From Candidatus Woesebacteria bacterium (GTDB lineage: Bacteria > Patescibacteriota > Microgenomatia > UBA8517): 64,000 nt of DNA. Position 1 is the first letter of the stretch. Every line of letters begins with the position of its first letter. The DNA is taken from NCBI GenBank assembly GCA_020060565.1, contig JAGVAE010000001.1, forward strand, positions 66,671-130,670, read 5' to 3'. The translations under genes were made by a program, and so were the position numbers. The notes beneath the pieces are model-generated. The model did not search any database. It was not told where the DNA came from and saw nothing but the letters and a program-made list of their open reading frames with translations. Below, in pieces: positions 48,720 to 58,490 of the stretch.

Positions 48720-49268
48720 ATGAAAGATCTAACAAAATTGCCAGACGAAAAAATAATCGAGATGGTCCGCCAAAAGGACAAGGAGTTGTATATCCATATT
48801 ATTAGACGATATCAGGAAAAACTTATAAGGTATGCAAATTATTTGACAGATGATGAACACAATGCTGCAGATATAGTTCAGGAATCTTTTATTAAGGCCT
48901 ATATAAACTTAAACGGCTTTGATATAAAAAAGAAATTTAGTAGCTGGATATACAGAATTGTTCATAATGAAGCAATGAATTTGATTAATAGGCGGAAAAA
49001 ACAGGTTTCGTTAAATGAGGATAAAGATTTTGATAGCGGAATATATATTGAGGAGGCTCTTATTAAAAAGGAATTAAAAAATCATACCCATAACTGTTTA
49101 AATCAAATGCCGATTATTTACAGTGAACCGCTATCACTTTATTATCTGGAAGAGAAATCATACGAAGAGATAAGTGATATTTTAAGAATTCCGATAGGAA
49201 CGGTCGGAACCAGAATAAATCGTGCCAAGATTCTAATGAAAAAAATATGCCAAAAAATAAAACAGTAA
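48720..49268 (+). CDS. ECF sigma factor (SigW/RpoE-like)
   Basis: DIVQESFIKAY, FSSWIYRIVHN and SYEEISDILRIPIGTVGTRINRAK. Confidence 0.95.
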   Translation: MKDLTKLPDEKIIEMVRQKDKELYIHIIRRYQEKLIRYANYLTDDEHNAADIVQESFIKAYINLNGFDIKKKFSSWIYRIVHNEAMNLINRRKKQVSLNEDKDFDSGIYIEEALIKKELKNHTHNCLNQMPIIYSEPLSLYYLEEKSYEEISDILRIPIGTVGTRINRAKILMKKICQKIKQ

Positions 49269-49795
49269 CATCAGTAAAAGAAAAAAGGATTGATTTAGAA
49301 AAAGAAATCATGTCTAAAGTAACTTCCGGTCAGATTAATATGAAACCAAGGTGGTATTTCGTCTTCGGCTCCATATTTTCAATTTTTGGGCTGGCGACCC
49401 TAAGTGTTGCATTGGTTTTTTTGGCCAATATTGTGATGTTTTTATTTCGCAAACACGGTCGGATGGGTCAGTGGAGACTTGAGGTAATGCTGAATGATTT
49501 TCCTATGTGGATACCCATATTAGCGATAGTGGGTATTGCCATGGGTATTTGGCTATTAAAGAAATACGACTTTTCATACAAAAAAAACTTTACTGCCTTA
49601 ATTATCGGATTCATTATTTCTATTATTGTTGCGGGATTAATTATCGATCGCTTGGGACTAAACGATATTTGGTCACGCGGAGGTATGATGAAAAAATTTT
49701 ATCAAAGGATTGAAATTATGGAGAGAGTTGGTCCTAACGGGTCGGATAAAGGAACTATGCAAAATGGTCGTGATAATGTGTACAGTGGAAATTGA
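49247..49795 (+). CDS. Membrane protein, putative anti-sigma partner
   Basis: Three TM segments; overlaps the 3' end of the ECF gene. Confidence 0.7.
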   Translation: MPKNKTVTSVKEKRIDLEKEIMSKVTSGQINMKPRWYFVFGSIFSIFGLATLSVALVFLANIVMFLFRKHGRMGQWRLEVMLNDFPMWIPILAIVGIAMGIWLLKKYDFSYKKNFTALIIGFIISIIVAGLIIDRLGLNDIWSRGGMMKKFYQRIEIMERVGPNGSDKGTMQNGRDNVYSGN

Positions 49796-49810
49796 TAGTT
49801 TATAAAATGA

Positions 49811-50323
49811 ATACAAAACCAAGGTGAAGATACTCAACTGCAGGTTAATACTCAGGAAGAGGAAAATGTAGAAGATGGACAATGTGAGGGTTTACAAACA
49901 CGCAATCAAACCGCTGTTCAAAATATGAGCGAAGTTGCTAAACAAGTTCAGATGTTATTGCAAACAAAAACATCTGGTGGAATTGGAGAACAGGTAAAAC
50001 AGATTGCTCAGGAACAGAATCAAGCACAAACCCAGATTCAAGAACAGTTAAATAAACTTGAATCAAAAGGCAGATTGGCTAGATTTTTAACGGGCACTGA
50101 TTTTGGAGCCATTAAAAACATTAAGCAGCAACTTAATGAGAATGAGTTAAGAATTGAACAATTGACCAAACTACAGACTCAACTTTCCAATCAAAGTGAT
50201 ATTGCAATGGTTCAGGAAACCATACAGGCTTTGATTCAGGAGAATATATCCTTACAGGAAAGAATTGCAACGGAAGAGCAAACCATAAGTATGTTCGGTT
50301 GGTTGTTTAGGTTGTTTTCTTAA
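49811..50323 (+). pseudogene. Gln-rich coiled-coil protein, apparently 5'-truncated
   Basis: Frame stays open 38 codons upstream of ATG 49925 (IQNQGEDTQLQVNTQEEE...) to a TGA at 49808, with no ATG or signal peptide. Confidence 0.55.
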
Positions 50324-50357
50324 CAATTTTTAATAGATAAGATGGTAAAATACTTCC

Positions 50358-51356
50358 ATGAGTTCTGTTTCGTGTGGAATTGTTGGTTTACCAAATGTGG
50401 GGAAGTCCACACTGTTTAATGCTCTTCTTAAAAAGCAGCAAGCTTATGTCGCAAATTTTCCATTTGCCACAATTGAACCCAATATTGGGGTTGTCCCTGT
50501 TCCCGATGAAAGACTAGAAAAACTTGCTGAAGTTACAAGGAGTTCAGAAGGTATGGATTCTTTACCTCCAGAAGTTCCTGCAACTGTGGAGTTTGTTGAT
50601 ATTGCGGGATTAATTGCGGGGGCTTCTAAGGGAGAAGGATTGGGAAATAAATTTTTAAGTCATATTAGGCAGACAGATGCAATTTGTTTTGTACTCCGTG
50701 CATTCTCTGACCCCGATATTATTAAACAAGGAGTAACTGATCCAAAAACTGATTTCGAAGTTTTAAAAATTGAACTGGATTTGGCGGATGAGGAAATGGT
50801 TGCTAAACACTCCGAGAAAAAAAATGCAGAACCTGAAGCTTTGCCCCTTTTTTCCAAGAAACCATTCCTTATAGTTTTGAATGTTGATGAGAGTGAGTTG
50901 GTTAGAAGCGAGGAATTGGAAATTAGGTATGCAGAAGAACTTAATGTTAACAAGGATCAGGTAATAATAGTTTCTGCCAAAACCGAAAGCGAACTCTCAG
51001 AATTATCAGAAGAAGACCAGACAGCTTATTTACAGGAATTAGGAGTTAATGTTTCGGGGCTAGAAAGACTAATTCAAAAAGCTTTTGCAACCTTGGGACT
51101 TATTACTTTTCTAACAGCAGGAGAGAAAGAAGTTCGCGCTTGGACCCTTCCGGCTGGAGCTGATGCCGTCAGGGCAAGCGGAGTTATACATACAGACTTC
51201 ATGAAAAAATTCATAAAAGCTGATATTGTAGACTTTGAGGAGTTTATAGCAAATGGGGGGTGGAAATCTTGCAGGGAGCTGGGCAAGGTTAGAAGCGAGG
51301 GAAGGGACTATATTATGAAGGATGGAGATGTGGTGGAATTCAAAATCGGAAGCTGA
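50358..51356 (+). CDS. ychF: Ribosome-associated ATPase YchF
   Basis: GLPNVGKSTLFNAL, NFPFATIEPN, DIAGL...GEGLGNKFL and TGS domain. Confidence 0.96.
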   Translation: MSSVSCGIVGLPNVGKSTLFNALLKKQQAYVANFPFATIEPNIGVVPVPDERLEKLAEVTRSSEGMDSLPPEVPATVEFVDIAGLIAGASKGEGLGNKFLSHIRQTDAICFVLRAFSDPDIIKQGVTDPKTDFEVLKIELDLADEEMVAKHSEKKNAEPEALPLFSKKPFLIVLNVDESELVRSEELEIRYAEELNVNKDQVIIVSAKTESELSELSEEDQTAYLQELGVNVSGLERLIQKAFATLGLITFLTAGEKEVRAWTLPAGADAVRASGVIHTDFMKKFIKADIVDFEEFIANGGWKSCRELGKVRSEGRDYIMKDGDVVEFKIGS

Positions 51357-51371
51357 TATAATTCACCTGAC

Positions 51372-51653
51372 ATGAACAAATATGAATTGACTTTGGTAGT
51401 AGATGGCAAGGGTGGGGCAGCCAAAAAGAAAAAAGTAACAGAAACTCTTGAAAAAACTCTTAAGATTTTCAAGGGAGAAATCTCTGATTCAAAAGACTGG
51501 GGAGTCAAAGATATGGCATACAGGATTGGTAAGGCTGAAACTGGCCTTTACCTTTATTTTGAGCTAGAATTGGACGGAGCTGGAGTCAAAGCTTTAAATG
51601 AAAAGCTTAGAACAGATCCTGATATTTTAAGATTTCTTTTAATTAAAAATTAA
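51372..51653 (+). CDS. rpsF: 30S ribosomal protein S6
   Basis: YELTLV...WGVKDMAYRI...ILRFL; rpsF-ssb-rpsR order. Confidence 0.95.
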   Translation: MNKYELTLVVDGKGGAAKKKKVTETLEKTLKIFKGEISDSKDWGVKDMAYRIGKAETGLYLYFELELDGAGVKALNEKLRTDPDILRFLLIKN

Positions 51654-51674
51654 AAATTTATAATTTAAAATTAA
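51640..51674 (+). repeat. Heptamer-periodic tract at the rpsF-ssb junction
   Basis: taattaa aaattaa aaattta taattta aaattaa; similar tract at the ybeY-dnaX junction, 32491-32525. Confidence 0.7.
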
Positions 51675-51678
51675 TTAT

Positions 51679-52167
51679 ATGGCACGAAGTTTAAACAAAG
51701 TGATGTTGATAGGGAATCTAACCCGCGATCCCGAAATGCGCTATACACCTCAAGGGGCTGCAGTTTGTACTTTTGGAGTAGCCACGAATAGAAATTGGAC
51801 AACAGATGCTGGAGAAAAGAAAGAAGATGTGGAGTTTCACAATGTTGTAGCCTGGAACAAATTAGCTGAAATTTGCTCACAACTTCTTAAGAAAGGTAGA
51901 AAAGTATATGTTGAAGGAAGACTCTCAACCAGGAGTTGGCAAGGTACTGACGGAGCTCAAAAACAAAGAACTGAAGTAGTAATTACCGATATGGTTATTT
52001 TGGATAGAAAAATGGATGATGGGGGAGAGCCTGGTAGTGAAATTGAAATCCCAGATTCAGTAGTTGAAGAACCACAAGAAGAGAAAAAAACAGCTAAAAA
52101 ATCAAAAACTGCACCAAAAGAGGAAGAAAAAACCGAGGAAGTAAATGATGAGGATATTCCCTTTTAA
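51679..52167 (+). CDS. ssb: Single-stranded DNA-binding protein
   Basis: LNKVMLIGNLTRDPE, VYVEGRL and acidic DEDIPF tail. Confidence 0.98.
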   Translation: MARSLNKVMLIGNLTRDPEMRYTPQGAAVCTFGVATNRNWTTDAGEKKEDVEFHNVVAWNKLAEICSQLLKKGRKVYVEGRLSTRSWQGTDGAQKQRTEVVITDMVILDRKMDDGGEPGSEIEIPDSVVEEPQEEKKTAKKSKTAPKEEEKTEEVNDEDIPF

Positions 52168-52171
52168 CAAT

Positions 52172-52425
52172 ATGGCTAAGAAAAAAGATTCCAAAAAAAG
52201 AAGAAAGATAATATTTGAAGCGGTAGCCCGTATTGTCCGTTTTGTAAAAACAGAACAAGCCCTGATTACAAAGAGCCTGAAGCTTTGGCAAAATATATGA
52301 GTGATCGTGCAAAGCTTCTGGGTAAGGATCACACAGGTCTTTGTGCAAAACATCAAAGACGTCTTTCTATTGCCATTAAACGCGCAAGACATTTGGCACT
52401 TCTTCCATTTGTTCCTTCTATCTAG
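52172..52425 (+). CDS. rpsR: 30S ribosomal protein S18, split by a 1-nt frameshift near 52226-52230
   Basis: MAKKKDSKKRRK start frame, then CPFC...DYK...TGLCAKHQRRLSIAIKRARHLALLPF in the -1 frame; absent from the ORF track. Confidence 0.9.
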
Positions 52426-52439
52426 TATTATCTTTAAGT

Positions 52440-53672
52440 ATGTCTTTGAGGTTGAATTTCAAAAAAGCGCGCAATTTTATTTTTGCGGTAATTATTATCA
52501 GTATTTCTTTTGTAGGTGGATATTATCTTGGAGTACAAGGATATAAAGCAGAGGTAACGAAGACTTTAGAAGTCACAATAAGTAGACAGATCCCACTTGA
52601 TAAAAATGTAGATTTTACTCTTTTTTGGCAAGTTTGGGATACGGTATCTTCAAAGTATTTTGATAAAACAAAATTAGATCCAACGCAGATGGTTTATGGT
52701 GCAGTTTCTGGAATGGTGAGTTCTATTGGGGATCCATATACAATGTTTTTGCCCCCGACACAAAACAAGATTGTTAATGAAAACTTAAATGGGAATTTTG
52801 AGGGAGTAGGAATTTCCATTGGTTATAGAGAAGGAACTTTAGCAGTTCTTTCCCCGCTTCCTGAATCTCCGGCGGAGAAATCTGGTGTCAAAGCAGGGGA
52901 CTATATAGTTCATATTAAAGACGAAAGGAAAAATATTGATACAGATTCCTCAAAAATGGCATTGGATTTAGCAGTTGCCTATATTAGGGGCTCTGCGGGA
53001 TCAAAAGTGACATTGACTTTAATACGTGATGGAAACACTGAACCAATAATAGTTGATTTAATTCGTGCAAAACTTGAAGTGCCATCACTTAACTTAACTT
53101 GGGTGGGGGATAATTCTAACATTGCCAATATTCAGATAAGTACTTTTGGGGCAGAAACGCCGAAAGAATGGGATAAAGCAGTTAGACAAATTACAGATAG
53201 AAAGGATGTGGCAGGAATCATAATTGATCTTAGAAACAATGGCGGTGGATATATGCAGGATGCAATTGATATTGCTTCTGACTTTGTTCCATATGGAAAA
53301 ACTATAGTCATACAAGAAAACGGAAATGGGACGAAACAAAACTATAAATCACAGAAATCTCCAAGGCTTCTGAGTTATAAAACTGTTGTACTGGTTAATA
53401 AATGGAGTGCTTCAGCATCAGAAATTTTAGCGGGCGCACTAAGGGATATTTCAGATATTAAACTTATTGGAGATAAAAGCTTTGGAAAGGGAACAATTCA
53501 GGAGCCAATAGATATTGCAGGAGGAAGTGGTATTCACATTACAACCGCCAGATGGCTTACACCCAATGGAACCTGGGTACACGATAAAGGTTTAACTCCT
53601 GACAAAGAGATTGTTAATGAGGATGTCACAAACGACCTTCAACTTAAAACAGCGATAGAATACTTCAAATAA
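52440..53672 (+). CDS. S41 carboxyl-terminal processing protease with PDZ domain
   Basis: DPYT, IIDLRNNGGG, SASASEI and FGKGTIQ motifs. Confidence 0.95.
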   Translation: MSLRLNFKKARNFIFAVIIISISFVGGYYLGVQGYKAEVTKTLEVTISRQIPLDKNVDFTLFWQVWDTVSSKYFDKTKLDPTQMVYGAVSGMVSSIGDPYTMFLPPTQNKIVNENLNGNFEGVGISIGYREGTLAVLSPLPESPAEKSGVKAGDYIVHIKDERKNIDTDSSKMALDLAVAYIRGSAGSKVTLTLIRDGNTEPIIVDLIRAKLEVPSLNLTWVGDNSNIANIQISTFGAETPKEWDKAVRQITDRKDVAGIIIDLRNNGGGYMQDAIDIASDFVPYGKTIVIQENGNGTKQNYKSQKSPRLLSYKTVVLVNKWSASASEILAGALRDISDIKLIGDKSFGKGTIQEPIDIAGGSGIHITTARWLTPNGTWVHDKGLTPDKEIVNEDVTNDLQLKTAIEYFK

Positions 53673-53682
53673 AAAAAGGGGG

Positions 53683-53886
53683 TTAAAGAGCTGAATCGAT
53701 CTTTCCAATAGTGTTAAATTGTCTTCCGTTATGGTTGGGGTCTAATATTTGAACTTCTACACCACCAATTTCTACACTTGCGCTCCCAGCTTGTGTGGCT
53801 CCATCCATTGCTTTCTCAAAGTTTTTAATTTCAAGTAAACAACTTTCGATTGCACCCAATTTAGGTTCTCTATCAATAATGTTCAT
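53683..53886 (-). CDS. Hypothetical protein (67 aa)
   Basis: ATG ORF with TAAAAT just upstream. Confidence 0.55.
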   Translation of the reverse strand: MNIIDREPKLGAIESCLLEIKNFEKAMDGATQAGSASVEIGGVEVQILDPNHNGRQFNTIGKIDSAL

Positions 53887-53911
53887 ACAGACTATTTTAC
53901 ACCTATAGTTA

Positions 53912-54610
53912 TCAGGCTGTCAACACCTTAGTAAACTCGATTACTTTGTCCAAGTCGCCGTCCATTATAAGTTCCAATTTTCCCCAGGATTTGCCAAGTC
54001 TGTGGTCAGTAACTCTGTCTTGGGGGAAGTTGTAGGTTCTTATTTTTTCACTTCTCATTCCACGTCCAATAATTGATCTATAACCTGCAACAGTTCTTAG
54101 TTTTTCTTCTTCCTGTTTTTCCCAAAGTTTGGAACGTAGTAGGTTTAAGGCAATCTCCCTGTTTTGTACTTGGAAACGCTCTTCTCTGGCCTGAACGACA
54201 ATTCCTGTTGGTTTATGTGTGAGCCTTACGGCTGTAGCTACTTTATTTACATTCTGTCCACCATGTCCGCCACCTGTTGTAAATTGCCACTCAAGGTCTT
54301 GTGGGTTAATCTGAACGTCTGTTTCGTGAACTTCGGGCAAGACCACCACTGTTGCTGTAGAAGTATGGATTCTGCCACGTTTTTCTGTAGTTGGAACTCT
54401 CTGGACTCTATGAACCCCAGATTCATTTTTCAAAGCATCAAAGACTCCTATCCCACTAATTCTTATCGTTTTATCATCCATCTGAATCATTTTCCAGTTC
54501 TTATTGACTGCAAAGCGTATATACATCCTAAGAAGATCGCTGCCCCAAAGTTTGGCTTCATCTCCACCTGTAGCACCACGAATTTCTAAATAAGCAATTT
54601 GGTTATCCAT
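53912..54610 (-). CDS. prfA: Peptide chain release factor 1, lacking N-terminal domain 1
   Basis: [26 protein letters not shown] (PxT), GGQNVNK and [15 protein letters not shown]; follows rpmE. Confidence 0.92.
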   Translation of the reverse strand: MDNQIAYLEIRGATGGDEAKLWGSDLLRMYIRFAVNKNWKMIQMDDKTIRISGIGVFDALKNESGVHRVQRVPTTEKRGRIHTSTATVVVLPEVHETDVQINPQDLEWQFTTGGGHGGQNVNKVATAVRLTHKPTGIVVQAREERFQVQNREIALNLLRSKLWEKQEEEKLRTVAGYRSIIGRGMRSEKIRTYNFPQDRVTDHRLGKSWGKLELIMDGDLDKVIEFTKVLTA

Positions 54611-54911
54611 TTCGAAGTTCGGAAAGCGAAGTCGGCCTTTCTGATTCTTCTGTAAGCCTTTTCTCTTTCTTTAATTGTCTTTTCTCGGTTTTACTCATAA
54701 TTTTCTTTCCCGCTCCTGCCACCTTGGCCTTAAATGAATCAACACGTCCAGCCGTATCCACAAATCTCATTGTTCCTGTATAGAATGGGTGACAGGCATA
54801 ACAAATTTCAACTTTGAGTTCGGGAACTACTGCCCCTGTTGTGAATGTGTTTCCACAGGCACAAGTTATTTTTGCTTCTTCATACCATTTTGGGTGAATG
54901 TTAGCTTTCAT
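54603..54911 (-). CDS. rpmE: 50S ribosomal protein L31
   Basis: MKANIHP...CACG...[10 protein letters not shown]...GRVDSF. Confidence 0.96.
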   Translation of the reverse strand: MKANIHPKWYEEAKITCACGNTFTTGAVVPELKVEICYACHPFYTGTMRFVDTAGRVDSFKAKVAGAGKKIMSKTEKRQLKKEKRLTEESERPTSLSELRNG

Positions 54912-54916
54912 GAGGC

Positions 54917-55825
54917 TCAATTATACTGTTTTTTCTTGTACTCCGCAAGGAATACTCCAACAGCAACGATTGCAGATCCGATAATTATAGGGATAGTTAT
55001 TTTTTCATTTAACCAAACAACGGCAAGCGGAATTCCAAAAATTGGATATAAATAAGCAAAAAGACCGACCTCGCCAATCTCGATAGATTTTTGAGCCCTA
55101 TGCCAAAGAATATAAGCAATAGTACCCGAAAGTACTGCCATATAAAATACCCCAAGGTGATAGCTTATGGGAACGGAAGTTAAAATCTGGAATTTAGAAT
55201 TTAGAATTTGGGGGAGGGTAAAAGGAGCAAAAGCAAGAAAACCAATAATAAAAGACAGATTAGTGACAGTAATAGCATCCACCCCTTTTCTTAGAATCTT
55301 TTTTGACAAAACAGCGGTTGCAGCTCCACTTATAATTGAAGCAAAAACTAATAAATTTCCCTCAAGTCCTCCAAAACTTGCCCCATTTTTAAAAATGGGC
55401 TCAATTATCATAATAAAAGTTCCTGTAAGGGCAATTAAAAGCCCAATACTTTCTCTTTTTGTAACGCGCTCCTTGAGGAATAAAACACCAGCTATAGCAA
55501 TGGTAATGGGAGACATAGCTGAAATTAAATTTGAATCTATTGAACTTGTTTTATTTATCCCCAAAAATAAAAGTCCTAGTCCGACCGAGGTGAAAATCAA
55601 ACCGTACAATAAAACAAAAATAATAGTTTTTTTGTCTTTTGGCAGTTTAATTCCAGAGAACATAAAAAAGAAGATAGCAATAATAGCTGAGATAAAAAAA
55701 CGGTATGTCAGAAATACAGCGGGGGAGAATCCTCCCAAAGTATATTTAATAATAGGTGTTGCCATTCCCCAGATCAAAGAAACAATAAGAAGTTCTATAT
55801 AAGCACGTTTTCGGACAGGATTCAT
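54917..55825 (-). CDS. EamA/DMT family transporter
   Basis: About 10 TMs with duplicated EamA pattern (IWG...RF; LKER; LNEK). Confidence 0.92.
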   Translation of the reverse strand: MNPVRKRAYIELLIVSLIWGMATPIIKYTLGGFSPAVFLTYRFFISAIIAIFFFMFSGIKLPKDKKTIIFVLLYGLIFTSVGLGLLFLGINKTSSIDSNLISAMSPITIAIAGVLFLKERVTKRESIGLLIALTGTFIMIIEPIFKNGASFGGLEGNLLVFASIISGAATAVLSKKILRKGVDAITVTNLSFIIGFLAFAPFTLPQILNSKFQILTSVPISYHLGVFYMAVLSGTIAYILWHRAQKSIEIGEVGLFAYLYPIFGIPLAVVWLNEKITIPIIIGSAIVAVGVFLAEYKKKQYN

Positions 55826-55849
55826 GGATCAATTATCAATTACCAATTT

Positions 55850-56734
55850 TTAATTTTCAATGAGATCCACAATTCTGTCGATCCCAAAGGAAAAACCAAC
55901 AGCGGGAATATCGCGACCAGCAAACATTCCAATCAAATTATCATATCTTCCGCCACCCCCGACAGAAAGCCCACCGACAGCTTTATCAAGTTTCAGCTCA
56001 AAAATTGTAGAAGTGTAATAATCCAAACCCCGTGCTAGAAATGGATTAAATGTGAAGTCAATTTCTTTTTTAAACCCATCTTTCTCTAAGCTGTCGAATA
56101 TTCTTACTAAACGATCAGTTTTTTCTGATTTATCAAGTTTTTCAAGGCTTCCAGTTATTTTCTCCACTTCCTCACTGCCAATTTTGTCAATTTTATCAAT
56201 TGTGATTATTTGTTCTTTGGTGAAACCTAATTCATCAAAAATCTCTCTGTCATTGATTTGGATTATGGCATTTTCCAAACCAATCTTTCTAGCACCTTTA
56301 ATTGCAGCCTCAATTACCCTTACGTCTTCTTTGGTATCATCTGATCCTACAGTATCAAAATCAAATTGGGTAAATTCACGCCTTCTGCCGCGTTGTGGAT
56401 TCTCACCACGGAATACCTGACCTATTTGGTATCTACTAAATGTTGGATTTAGAAGCCCTAAATTATTAGCTACAAAACGGGCTAGGGGAACGGTAAGATC
56501 ATATCTTAATGCCAACTTTCTTCCTCCCATATCAGTAAGTTGATAAATTAATTTTTCATCTTCACCATATTTTCCAAGTAATGTTTCTGCAAATTCAAGA
56601 GTGGGAGTTTCAAGAGGCAGAAAGCCGTAATCTTCCAAGACGTCTGCGATAGCATTAAGCATCGTACGCCTTGCTCTTGCTTCATCAGGTATAATATCTC
56701 CAAAACCTTTTGGTGTAGGTGGCCCTTTTTGCAT
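55850..56734 (-). CDS. hisS: Histidine--tRNA ligase, catalytic domain only
   Basis: LRYDLTVP, FRGENPQRGRRREFTQ, ARGLDYYT and GGGRYD; ends right after motif 3 (GFSFGIDR). Confidence 0.88.
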   Translation of the reverse strand: MQKGPPTPKGFGDIIPDEARARRTMLNAIADVLEDYGFLPLETPTLEFAETLLGKYGEDEKLIYQLTDMGGRKLALRYDLTVPLARFVANNLGLLNPTFSRYQIGQVFRGENPQRGRRREFTQFDFDTVGSDDTKEDVRVIEAAIKGARKIGLENAIIQINDREIFDELGFTKEQIITIDKIDKIGSEEVEKITGSLEKLDKSEKTDRLVRIFDSLEKDGFKKEIDFTFNPFLARGLDYYTSTIFELKLDKAVGGLSVGGGGRYDNLIGMFAGRDIPAVGFSFGIDRIVDLIEN

Positions 56735-56738
56735 GAAA

Positions 56739-57776
56739 CTATGATACCACGAAGATTGTGCGGACGGAAAGATTACCTTTAATGTCTATGGTTGTGACGT
56801 AAATAATTACGTCATCTTTTTGAATGTTTACGAGCTTGGCGATCGATACTTTCTCTTTCTCGACAGCCATAATGTCTGTTTTTGAGTTTGGTTGTATGGT
56901 CTCTTCAGTATTATCCGGAATGGTATTTACGGTAAGTGTCTTAGTGGCTACTGTGGCAACTTTAGCTTGGCTTACACTAACTTTTGGTTCAGTTACTGGA
57001 TCTGTGATTAGAATTCTTTGAGCGGCAAGAACCGAATTTCCATTAATATAGCCCATGGCAACAATGAAATCTCCTATGGCAATATCAGCAACTTTGACTT
57101 GTTTATTTGTTGTTCCTTTTGCATTAATCACATCCGTAGATTCTGAGTTTACTGAAATTTGTTTGATCTCACTATTCATAGTCTTAATTTCAAGTGTTGA
57201 ATCGGTTATATCTGTAACAGTTCCTATATATGCTTTGGGGCGGTTGATTGTGTTTGCAACATCTTGTGCGACCTTGGCTCTTATATCACTAGTTCCTGAT
57301 GCTTCACTTTTTGTTGGGGCATCTGTAGGCAATGTTCTTGTTTGAAAACTTGATGAATAAACTACTAATACTTCAGTAACGCTAGGTTTGACGCCATTAG
57401 TACCTCCTTCAGGATAGAATGCGGTAACCTTGATTTGGTTTACTCCAGGAGTCAAATCAACCTCTTGAGAAAAAACACCATTTGTATCTGATTGGATAAT
57501 ATAATCACTCTCGTCTCCTGCAACTGTTATCCAACTTAAAGGTTTGGTAAGACCTGAAACATTAACAGTATCGGTAGTTACAACATCATCGTTCTCTGGT
57601 TTGTCCAAAACTATTTTAAATTCACCTGGAGTTGAGGATTTGGGAGTAGGACTTTGGGTGTTTATATCTTGATTTTTATTCTTTGGTATAGAGGAGTTGA
57701 TTCTCCAGACACCAAAAGCAACAACAAGGCCCAGAATGATTCCTCCAATCACGGCATAAATAACCTCTTTTCTCAT
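56739..57776 (-). CDS. Membrane-anchored extracytoplasmic protein (Ig-like plus beta-barrel repeats)
   Basis: N-terminal TM; GVFSQEVDLTPGVNQIKVTA; GTVTDI...DIAIGDFIVAMG repeat. Confidence 0.8.
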   Translation of the reverse strand: MRKEVIYAVIGGIILGLVVAFGVWRINSSIPKNKNQDINTQSPTPKSSTPGEFKIVLDKPENDDVVTTDTVNVSGLTKPLSWITVAGDESDYIIQSDTNGVFSQEVDLTPGVNQIKVTAFYPEGGTNGVKPSVTEVLVVYSSSFQTRTLPTDAPTKSEASGTSDIRAKVAQDVANTINRPKAYIGTVTDITDSTLEIKTMNSEIKQISVNSESTDVINAKGTTNKQVKVADIAIGDFIVAMGYINGNSVLAAQRILITDPVTEPKVSVSQAKVATVATKTLTVNTIPDNTEETIQPNSKTDIMAVEKEKVSIAKLVNIQKDDVIIYVTTIDIKGNLSVRTIFVVS

Positions 57777-57818
57777 CGTTGACCAATATAAAGGAATAAT
57801 ATAATATTGTCAATTGAA

Positions 57819-58472
57819 ATGGATATTACTTATTTAGGACATTCTTCATTTAAGATTAAAACCAAATTGGCCTCTGTGATTACCGATCCCTTTGATCCGA
57901 AGGAGGTAGGTCTAAAATATTCGGCGACAGAAGGAGAAATAGTTACAGTTTCACATAATCATCTTGATCATAATGTGGTAGATAAAGTTACATCAATTAA
58001 AAAGATAATTGATGGACCCGGTGAGTATGAGATTTTAGGAATAAGTATCATGGGATATAGAACTTTCCACGATGCTAAAGATGGGGCAGAAAGAGGGGAA
58101 AATACAATATATGTAATTGAGGCTGAAGGGCTTAGAATTGTTCATCTTGGAGATTTGGGACATCCACTAAGCAATGATTTGATTGATGAAATAGGGGATG
58201 TGGATGTTCTTATGATTCCGGTTGGTGGATTTTTTACAATTGGACCAAAAGAAGCAACTGAAGTAGTAAGTAAAATTGGTCCATCCTTTGTTATTCCTAT
58301 GCATTATAAAGCTTCGGGAATGAATCTAGGTTTGGGGGATAAATTATTACAATTAGAAGATTTCTTAAAAGAATGTGGTATCGTAACTGAAAATTTGCCC
58401 AAGTTTTCTATAAAGAAAGAAGATATATTAGAAGATCAGAGTACTAAAATAATAGTGCTTGAAAAAAAGTAG
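57819..58472 (+). CDS. MBL-fold metallo-hydrolase
   Basis: YLGHSSF, SHNHLDH, HLGDLG and IPMHY motifs. Confidence 0.92.
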   Translation: MDITYLGHSSFKIKTKLASVITDPFDPKEVGLKYSATEGEIVTVSHNHLDHNVVDKVTSIKKIIDGPGEYEILGISIMGYRTFHDAKDGAERGENTIYVIEAEGLRIVHLGDLGHPLSNDLIDEIGDVDVLMIPVGGFFTIGPKEATEVVSKIGPSFVIPMHYKASGMNLGLGDKLLQLEDFLKECGIVTENLPKFSIKKEDILEDQSTKIIVLEKK

Positions 58473-58490
58473 CTGCCCTTCAAAAAATAA

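Noticed and set aside
52301-52546. 81-aa ORF overlapping rpsR and the S41 protease start
   Set aside because: It is an alternative frame over the S18 coding region.
55167-55802. 211-aa antisense ORF and many other short antisense ORFs in the track
   Set aside because: They lie opposite well-supported genes and show no independent motifs.
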